Positions 57,104 to 64,000 of a stretch of DNA of 64,000 nt are shown in pieces. How positions within the stretch are numbered: position 1 is the stretch's first letter; every line of letters begins with the position of its first letter. A model generated the notes under the pieces. The model saw only the letters and a program-made list of their open reading frames with translations, did no database searches and was not told the origin of the DNA. The translations under genes were made by a program, and so were the position numbers. Source of the stretch: a virus. The stretch covers positions 1 through 64,000 of IMG/VR virus record IMGVR_UViG_3300047552_000481. One strand, 5' to 3'.

Positions 57104-59201
57104 AGATTACCTTTTACTACTAGAAGATAGGATTGATTTCTTAAAGAATCAATATAAGGATAGGTTAAATACCAATCATGATGCATTGGCGCAACATCAT
57201 GATTCTGATGCAGTAATTGATCATTTTAGTCAACATGCCGATCCATCTGGTACAAAACAACATACTGATTGGATATTAAAACAATATCAAAAGGGAAAGA
57301 TTCGACAGGAAGATCATCCTAGAATTCATACAGCATTATCTAATTTTGAAAAATATAAACCAAGATTACTTAGAAAAGATATCAATCAATACCGGTCATT
57401 AAATGATTTAGAAGATTCTGTTCAACCACATTTGGGGAAAGCAAGTTCTGGTAAAGATCAAAAAGCATTAGATAAATCGGATGCTGAAAAATTACATGAT
57501 GAAAATGGATTTAAGGTTTACCATTTAAAATCTAGAAATGCAGCTTGTCATTATGGAAAAGGAACAAAATGGTGTACTGCTGCCGAAAACAATAATATGT
57601 TCGATCATTATAATTCTGATGGTCCAGTATATTATATTGAAGGTAAAGATAATAATGGTGAAAAAAAGAAATTTCAGTTTCATTTTGAATCAAATCAATT
57701 TATGAATGATAAAGATGAAGAAATTAATCTTGGAGAATTTATTAGGAACAACCCCGAAGTTAGAAATGTAAAAGAATTTAAAGATAAACATTTTGCATTA
57801 AAGGATATATCTAAATCTGAATTACACCATATGATTGCTACTATGCCTAGTATTGGTGATGATTTTCTTAAACATCCAAATATTGATTCTAGACATCTTC
57901 AAAATATTATAAAACGTGGTCATCCTCCATGGTCAATATTTAATCATCCTCAGTTAACTAAAGACCAATTAATGGGATTATATCATTCTGATCCAGAACA
58001 ACATAATCACACATTAAGTCACAAATTATTTGATACCGATGTGTTGCAGAATGTGTATAATAAAGATCCTAGTAATTATTATAATATATCTGGTATATCT
58101 ATGAATCCAAATATTCCAGAAGATATAAAACGCGGTATTATGAAATCTCATCCAAATGTTATAGCGGGAGCAAATAACCCAACATTAAATTCTGATGATA
58201 TTCATGATTTGTTAAATGACTCAAATACATCAATTGAAAGTATTGTTAACCTATCATACCATCCAAATTTTAATCATTCGCATGTTCAAAGATTTATAGA
58301 TGGTAAACACGATCCTAATGATTTTTATCCTGATGATTATGCTACAATACTTAAAAAAGCTTCCAAAGAACAGGTTGATGATATAATTGATAATAAGCCG
58401 CATTTAATTAATTATTTGTCTGACAAGAAATTATCAAAAGATCAATATCATAAAATAATTGATAAGTATCATAATAAGCATTCTATTATAGAAGCTCTAT
58501 TATTTTCTCCGCATTTGGATGGGACACATTTAGATAAGATAATAGATCATGGGGAATTAATACGTCCTGTATTACAACATAACAATATAACTCCACAACA
58601 TGTTATGAAAATAATTGATAATACTCCAAAATCAACGAATGACGATGTACCTTGGCATTATGATATGCCAACTCATACTAAATTACCAGAAGTTTTTGAT
58701 AAATTAATTAAAAATGAAAACATAAATCCAAATGTTAAAAGACAAATAATTAAAAGAGAACCAAATGTTTCGAGAGATACGTTATTAGATGTAATTTCTG
58801 ATCCTGAATTGGCAGGTGAAGTTATGAATAAGACCGATAAACTGGAAAAAGAACATTATAGGAAATATTTTGATTTGCACCACAAAAAGATTGGATATAA
58901 TGGATTAAATATTGTTGCCGATTATGTTCATAAACACCCAGAAACAGCCAAAGAACAATTACATTTAAATCCTCATCTTGATACAGAACTTATAGCAAAA
59001 GGACATTTATCTAATGATGAATTATACAACTATATTAATTCGGAACATAAACTCGATGATGATGGTCCAGATCCAAAAATTCATGCTGTTCACGCATTAC
59101 ATGATCCAGAAAAATTAAAAGCCTTGTCAAATAATCATCCAGACGAAAAAATTAGAGCAGTAGCAAATCATTTTTCAAAATTTTATGAAGAAAATAATTA
59201 G
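57090..59201 (+). CDS. Putative internal head protein: capsid-targeting leader, Cys-motif domain, helical repeats
   Basis: MLSFRDYLLLLE; KDINQY; AAC.YG.GTKWCTA..F..Y; many HPN/NPN repeats. Confidence 0.65.
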   Translation: MLSFRDYLLLLEDRIDFLKNQYKDRLNTNHDALAQHHDSDAVIDHFSQHADPSGTKQHTDWILKQYQKGKIRQEDHPRIHTALSNFEKYKPRLLRKDINQYRSLNDLEDSVQPHLGKASSGKDQKALDKSDAEKLHDENGFKVYHLKSRNAACHYGKGTKWCTAAENNNMFDHYNSDGPVYYIEGKDNNGEKKKFQFHFESNQFMNDKDEEINLGEFIRNNPEVRNVKEFKDKHFALKDISKSELHHMIATMPSIGDDFLKHPNIDSRHLQNIIKRGHPPWSIFNHPQLTKDQLMGLYHSDPEQHNHTLSHKLFDTDVLQNVYNKDPSNYYNISGISMNPNIPEDIKRGIMKSHPNVIAGANNPTLNSDDIHDLLNDSNTSIESIVNLSYHPNFNHSHVQRFIDGKHDPNDFYPDDYATILKKASKEQVDDIIDNKPHLINYLSDKKLSKDQYHKIIDKYHNKHSIIEALLFSPHLDGTHLDKIIDHGELIRPVLQHNNITPQHVMKIIDNTPKSTNDDVPWHYDMPTHTKLPEVFDKLIKNENINPNVKRQIIKREPNVSRDTLLDVISDPELAGEVMNKTDKLEKEHYRKYFDLHHKKIGYNGLNIVADYVHKHPETAKEQLHLNPHLDTELIAKGHLSNDELYNYINSEHKLDDDGPDPKIHAVHALHDPEKLKALSNNHPDEKIRAVANHFSKFYEENN

Positions 59202-59538
59202 TTTACTATTTTTATTAACCTCCTGTTCATTTACCAATGTTCAATATGATAATAATGCTTATGATAAAATCAATCATATTAGAACAGTTGCCCAATTAGG
59301 CACCAATTTCTGTGATAATATTGCACCAATAAAAAATGAATTGTGGAGGGATGTATACGAATTTGATAATTATCAGGAACTAAATAATCCAGATTTATAT
59401 GCAATGTCCAAAAAGCTTTTAATAATGAGTAATGAATTTTACTACTCTAAACCATCCGAGGAATATTGTAAATTAAAATTAAAGGAAATTGAAGACTCCG
59501 CATATATCATTCAGACAACTATTGGTATGATGAAATGA
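59185..59538 (+). CDS. Lipoprotein
   Basis: MKKIISLLFLLTSC lipobox. Confidence 0.65.
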   Translation: MKKIISLLFLLTSCSFTNVQYDNNAYDKINHIRTVAQLGTNFCDNIAPIKNELWRDVYEFDNYQELNNPDLYAMSKKLLIMSNEFYYSKPSEEYCKLKLKEIEDSAYIIQTTIGMMK

Positions 59539-59795
59539 ATATATTTGAAATGGTAAATAATGTACCAGAGTTTAAAGATAAATCTCTAAATAACATAAAG
59601 CATAAATATTTAGACATCGTAATAAAATATAAAGCGAATAAAATATCGAAAGAGGAATTTTTAGAATTACTTAAGAATTTAAAGTTAGAAATAGAACTGC
59701 TTGATATCTCAGCAGAACTACAAAACAAAAAAACTCTTTATGATTTTATAATTACGACAATCACAATACTTAAAACTATTGCCGTATTAAAATAA
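59535..59795 (+). CDS. Hypothetical protein
   Basis: Coupled ORF. Confidence 0.5.
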   Translation: MNIFEMVNNVPEFKDKSLNNIKHKYLDIVIKYKANKISKEEFLELLKNLKLEIELLDISAELQNKKTLYDFIITTITILKTIAVLK

Positions 59796-59809
59796 TAAGG
59801 AATCTAATA

Positions 59810-60205
59810 GTGGACACTAGTAGAGAACAAGCAGAACTTTTAGCACGAATAATTGTTATAGAAAAGCAATTAACCGAAAATGAAAAGATACAAGATAAAG
59901 TGAACGATCAATTTTCACATATAGCCAAACAATTGGATGCTATTAAAGATGATATTCGTCATCAAAAAGATATTCCAACAATTCAAGTTAAATTGGATAA
60001 TATCGAACGGGATATGACAGATTTGAAAATTAATATAACAGAAATGGTACCAATTAAAAAAATGTTTTTTGGATTAGTTGGATTCATTTTATTGGCGTTT
60101 TTTACATTGATATGGAATTCGTTGGTTCTAAATAAACCAACAGTTGATATGAATGATATCACAAAAAAAATAATCTCAGAATACAACAAAACAGAGAAAA
60201 AATAA
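59810..60205 (+). CDS. Coiled-coil protein with one TM segment
   Basis: Heptads then FFGLVGFILLAFFTLIW. Confidence 0.6.
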   Translation: MDTSREQAELLARIIVIEKQLTENEKIQDKVNDQFSHIAKQLDAIKDDIRHQKDIPTIQVKLDNIERDMTDLKINITEMVPIKKMFFGLVGFILLAFFTLIWNSLVLNKPTVDMNDITKKIISEYNKTEKK

Positions 60206-60678
60206 TGAAAAACAATATGCTATATTTCATATTAGGAATATTGATGGGGTCTATTATAACTTATTTAATATGCACCATAAAATCAAATTCCCAATTATCT
60301 TATAATGCTAATATCGAAACATTACGTAACGATACCAATCAAAGACTAATAGATTATATTGACGGAAGATGGATATCTGCAATTGGTGATGTTGTAGTTA
60401 ACATTTCTTTAAATACAGATTTAAAAGATATAACTGTAACATCTTCCAAAATTGAAAAAACATATAAAATAACTAATATTGAATATGTTGATGGGTTTTT
60501 TGGGTATACAAAACTAATAGTATGTGATGTAAAGTGTGATAAAAACAATTCACATACTCTTCAAATTAATAAGATTTTTGGTGTTGATAATACAATAGTT
60601 ATTACTTATGATCACCAAATGGCAGATTGTATTGAACCGAAAAACTTTTGTTCTAGAGCATTTAAACTTGTAGATTAA
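60205..60678 (+). CDS. Membrane-anchored hypothetical protein
   Basis: N-terminal TM segment, paired Cys. Confidence 0.55.
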   Translation: MKNNMLYFILGILMGSIITYLICTIKSNSQLSYNANIETLRNDTNQRLIDYIDGRWISAIGDVVVNISLNTDLKDITVTSSKIEKTYKITNIEYVDGFFGYTKLIVCDVKCDKNNSHTLQINKIFGVDNTIVITYDHQMADCIEPKNFCSRAFKLVD

Positions 60679-60737
60679 TTCTTTTTATCATCAAAAGCCG
60701 ACGTACTCATTATACAGCCTAAATTTCTGCTTGTCAA
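60679..60737 (-). promoter_or_regulatory. Antisense sigma70 promoter plus conserved leader, copy 2
   Basis: TTGACA-N17-TATAAT-GAGTACGT..CTTTTGATGATAAAAAGAA. Confidence 0.8.
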
Positions 60738-60740
60738 GTC

Positions 60741-60769
60741 TTGACATCAAAAAAGTTCTGTGATACAAT
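60741..60769 (+). promoter_or_regulatory. Sigma70 promoter of the primase operon
   Basis: TTGACA-N17-TACAAT. Confidence 0.75.
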
Positions 60770-60794
60770 ATTTTCTCTTTTGTGGAGAACTGAC

Positions 60795-61055
60795 ATGAGC
60801 AACAGATTTAAAAAACATAGTGGTGTCTTTAATTGTAGGATTTGTGGTAGATCAACCCGTGATACAAATGGCGAAAATGGAGATCTACGATTGTGCGAAG
60901 ATTGTTTTGAAGGTTCAATGTATGAAAATGGATGGGATGATAATGAAGGATACGACGATTTATATTCAGAACAATGTAGAGTGAAAATGGAAGAATGTTA
61001 TCAAAATGCCGTTAACAAAGGCGGCAAAATCAAAGGATATACCAAAAACAATTGA
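60795..61055 (+). CDS. Small Zn-finger protein
   Basis: CRICGR.TR...LCEDC; GGAG SD. Confidence 0.65.
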   Translation: MSNRFKKHSGVFNCRICGRSTRDTNGENGDLRLCEDCFEGSMYENGWDDNEGYDDLYSEQCRVKMEECYQNAVNKGGKIKGYTKNN

Positions 61056-61067
61056 TTAGGAATAGTT

Positions 61068-62075
61068 ATGAGTTTACATATTGATAAAAAATTCTTATCT
61101 CTTGTTGCACCAAAACTACAACAATTCAAACAAAAAAAGTCTGACCTATGGAATTTCCGGTGTCCATATTGTCTAGATTCACAGAAAAACAAATTTAAAA
61201 CAAGAGGTTATGTCTATAGAAAGAATAACGATCTGTTCTTCAAATGTTTTAATTGTGAAGAATCTCATACATTCTATAACTTCTTAAATTACCTTGATCC
61301 GTTATTGTGCAAGGAATACGCAGTAGAAAGATTTATGAATGGGGATCAAGGAAATCACAATTATCCAAAACCCGTTATATCTTCTAAACCAGTCTTTAAT
61401 ACTAAAGAGAAATTAAATTTACCAACAATATTAGAATTGGATGATAATCATTCAACAAAACAATATTGTATAGATAGGAAATTTCCGCAAGAGTCATTAA
61501 AGGATTTATATTACACTTCTGACTTTGCAAATTTTGTCAAAGAGTATTATCCAGAATATGATAAATACATACCTGAGAACGATGAAAGATTAGTCATTCC
61601 GTTTAGAAATGATAGAAGTAAAATCTTTTGTGTGCAGGGTCGAACATTACAAAATTCAAACATGCGGTATATTACAATTAAACCAAATGAAGAAGTTAAA
61701 TTATTTGGTATGGATCGGCTTAAACCATTTGATACTGTTTATGTTGTTGAAGCACCATTAGATTCATTATTTCTTGATAATTGTATTGCAACAGCAGATT
61801 CGAATCTGGAAATATCATGTAGACATCTTAAAAGTAAAAACATTATTCTTATTCCAGACCGAGAACCAAGAAATAAATCTATTGTAAGAAATATCCAAAA
61901 GTGGATAAAAAACAACAGAAAGGTGTGTTTATTGCCAGATAGTTTAGAAGGTAAGGATATTAATGAATTTGTTATTAATGGGTTGACAAAGGAAGATCTT
62001 CAGAGTATAATACTCCAGAACACTTTTGTTGGTATTAGGGCAGAATTAGAATTTTCAAATTGGAAAAAAATATGA
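61068..62075 (+). CDS. gp61: DNA primase
   Basis: NFRCPYC.DS..CFNC, RLVIPF, QGR, VE.PLDSLF, D.EPRN, KDIN. Confidence 0.95.
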   Translation: MSLHIDKKFLSLVAPKLQQFKQKKSDLWNFRCPYCLDSQKNKFKTRGYVYRKNNDLFFKCFNCEESHTFYNFLNYLDPLLCKEYAVERFMNGDQGNHNYPKPVISSKPVFNTKEKLNLPTILELDDNHSTKQYCIDRKFPQESLKDLYYTSDFANFVKEYYPEYDKYIPENDERLVIPFRNDRSKIFCVQGRTLQNSNMRYITIKPNEEVKLFGMDRLKPFDTVYVVEAPLDSLFLDNCIATADSNLEISCRHLKSKNIILIPDREPRNKSIVRNIQKWIKNNRKVCLLPDSLEGKDINEFVINGLTKEDLQSIILQNTFVGIRAELEFSNWKKI

Positions 62076-62281
62076 AATACAAATTTTGGAGAGAAGTTTG
62101 GAGGCTTTGTGTCAGAATCAGGAGATATATGAATGGAATCTTAATCTATCTTATTTATACTAAATACAAAGATCAGGATTGTATTGATAAATGGGATTTT
62201 GTCTTGGTAAGACAAATTGTCAATCTGACACGGAAAATTTCAGATTTCGCTGGTCAACATTCAATTAATAGAACTTTGTGA
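62072..62281 (+). CDS. Hypothetical protein
   Basis: ATGA-coupled ORF. Confidence 0.45.
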   Translation: MKYKFWREVWRLCVRIRRYMNGILIYLIYTKYKDQDCIDKWDFVLVRQIVNLTRKISDFAGQHSINRTL

Positions 62282-62288
62282 GGTTATT

Positions 62289-62651
62289 ATGGCTAATTTT
62301 TCAGAATTAAAAGGCAAAACATTAACTAATATTGAAAAGATAGATAATCAAGAATTAATATTTTATTGTGATGATGGAACAAAATATAAAATGGATCATT
62401 GGCAAGATTGTTGTGAAAGTGTAACAATTGAAGATATTTGTGGGGATCTAAATGATTTAATTGGTTCAAAAATTTTATTTGCTGAAGAAAGCAGTTATAA
62501 CAACACTGAAGCTTATAATGAATATAGTGATGATTACTCATTCACATGGACATTCTATAAATTGGCAACAATAAAGGGATGGGTTGATATTAGATGGTAT
62601 GGGTCATCTAATGGATATTATTCTGAATCAGTTAATTTTGGTATAATGTAA
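62289..62651 (+). CDS. Conserved phage hypothetical protein
   Basis: H.QDCCESV, WTFYK..T.KG...[12 protein letters not shown]. Confidence 0.75.
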   Translation: MANFSELKGKTLTNIEKIDNQELIFYCDDGTKYKMDHWQDCCESVTIEDICGDLNDLIGSKILFAEESSYNNTEAYNEYSDDYSFTWTFYKLATIKGWVDIRWYGSSNGYYSESVNFGIM

Positions 62652-62664
62652 AAGGTATAATATA

Positions 62665-63315
62665 ATGAATGTACAATTAGTAAGTTATACAAAATCAGTC
62701 ATTGATCCAGAAATGGATTTGTTGGATCAAATTGCATATGTTGCAAGAGTTTCTAATCCATCTAATCAGATGAATACCGAAACCGCTGAAAAACTAATCA
62801 ATTATCTATTACTCCACAAACACTGGAGTCCACTAGAAATGGTGGATTGTACAGTAGAAATTGAATGTACAAGAGATATTGGTAGACAAATACTTAGGCA
62901 TCGTGCAGTTTTCCAAGAGTGGAGTGGACGATACACTCAAATGAGTTTGGGTCACGAATTTAAAGAAGCCAGACTTCAAGATTCTAAAAATCGTCAGAAT
63001 TCAATTGAAATTGAAGATGAAAAGCTTCAAAATTGGTGGCTAGAGGCTCAATCAGTAAATTTCCAAGAAGCATATGATATATATGAAGAAGCCCTTAAGA
63101 AAGGTATTGCAAAAGAAGTTGCTCGTTCAGTTCTTCCAGAAGGAAATATCTTAACTCGGATGTATATGAAAAACAGTATTAGAAACTGGATTCATTACAT
63201 TGATGTCAGAACTTCACAAGAAACACAAAAAGAACATAGAGAAGTTGCATTAGCAATCTCCAAGGTTATTGAACCAATTTTCCCAATGATCAAACAATTT
63301 ACACATGGTACATGA
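62665..63315 (+). CDS. thyX: Flavin-dependent thymidylate synthase
   Basis: ARVSNP, HWSPLEM, QILRHR..QE.S.RY, KE.AR..LP, TQKEHR. Confidence 0.93.
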   Translation: MNVQLVSYTKSVIDPEMDLLDQIAYVARVSNPSNQMNTETAEKLINYLLLHKHWSPLEMVDCTVEIECTRDIGRQILRHRAVFQEWSGRYTQMSLGHEFKEARLQDSKNRQNSIEIEDEKLQNWWLEAQSVNFQEAYDIYEEALKKGIAKEVARSVLPEGNILTRMYMKNSIRNWIHYIDVRTSQETQKEHREVALAISKVIEPIFPMIKQFTHGT

Positions 63316-63502
63316 GGAAATTTTAATGAATTTTAATAATAGTCTTCTAGATTTTAATATCATGTTTTTGGCAGTATTAGGTGGAATAAAATATAGTGGA
63401 TTGATTGATGTTCCAACAATAAAATTTTGGATACCAACAGTTATCGTATTATCAATTATGGGTGTTGTGGAAATTATAACACATTTACTTGAAAGGAAAT
63501 AA
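63305..63502 (+). CDS. Small membrane protein
   Basis: Two hydrophobic segments. Confidence 0.5.
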   Translation: MVHEEILMNFNNSLLDFNIMFLAVLGGIKYSGLIDVPTIKFWIPTVIVLSIMGVVEIITHLLERK

Positions 63503-63504
63503 AA

Positions 63505-64000
63505 ATGAATACAATTGAATTAAAGATTTTAGATAAAGAATTTTACAAAGAATTCTCATTACCAGAATATGCAACTACTGGTTCAGCCGGATTAGATTTA
63601 CGTGCAAACCTAAATACTACACCCAAGCCTAGTGTAAATTTTGGTGGATATAATTCATATTTTAACGCAGCAACGAATAAATATTACCTGTATCCAAACG
63701 AAAATATATTATTCTCAACGGGTATTGCTATAAATATTGGTAATCCTGGTATTGCTGCAATTATAAGCCCAAGATCTGGTTTAGGTCATAAATATGGAAT
63801 TAACCTTGGAAATACAATTGGATTGATTGATTCTGATTATCAAGGTGAACTATTTGTCTCATTGGTAAATAGATCAGCCGAAAATTATGTTATTCAACAT
63901 GGTGATAAAATTGCTCAAATGTTCTTTGTCCCAATTATACAAGTAGAATTTAATGTTGTTGAAACATTTCATGAATCAGAAAGAGGCATTGGTGGATTTG
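63505..64000 (+). CDS. dut: Trimeric dUTPase (3'-truncated by window edge; not in ORF track)
   Basis: YAT.GSAGLDLRA, PRSGLGHK, GLIDSDYQG, IAQ, RG.GGF. Confidence 0.93.
   Translation, partial: MNTIELKILDKEFYKEFSLPEYATTGSAGLDLRANLNTTPKPSVNFGGYNSYFNAATNKYYLYPNENILFSTGIAINIGNPGIAAIISPRSGLGHKYGINLGNTIGLIDSDYQGELFVSLVNRSAENYVIQHGDKIAQMFFVPIIQVEFNVVETFHESERGIGGF

Noticed and set aside
442-62541. Numerous short antisense or alternative-frame ORFs in the track (e.g. 442-696, 24983-25363, 34717-35007, 55893-56249)
   Set aside because: They are shadows of well-supported genes, with no recognisable motifs

Overview
An AT-rich 64-kb segment of a large T4-like myophage, probably infecting a Gram-negative (likely proteobacterial) host given the spanins, sigma70 promoters and dUTPase type. 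Gene order follows the T4-superfamily core: gp3, uvsY, uvsW, gp55, gp47, gp46, ligase, gp45, gp44, gp62, regA, hsp20, gp43, uvsX, gp41, gp61, thyX, dut. Also present are two tRNAs, seven free-standing homing endonuclease-like genes, an 11-kb glycan-biosynthesis island and a lysis cassette. Main observations: (1) an ORF-free 1.05-kb region after uvsW holding a promoter-driven, ~490-nt, extensively base-paired minus-strand RNA with two candidate long-range pseudoknots and a 3' G9 tract, followed by direct repeats and a PAS-like hairpin (novel large ncRNA and/or RNA-primed origin); (2) uvsW fractured at its Walker B motif by a naturally split intein with a free-standing endonuclease between the halves; (3) a set of proteins with T4-type capsid-targeting leaders carrying ART, ParB/Srx, Cys-motif and ferritin-like domains, three on helical repeat scaffolds, plus an orphan HicA-domain protein; (4) three modular Zn-ribbon-repeat nucleases; (5) a duplicated antisense promoter element 49 kb apart. 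All calls come from manual motif reading; no searches or folding programs were run.
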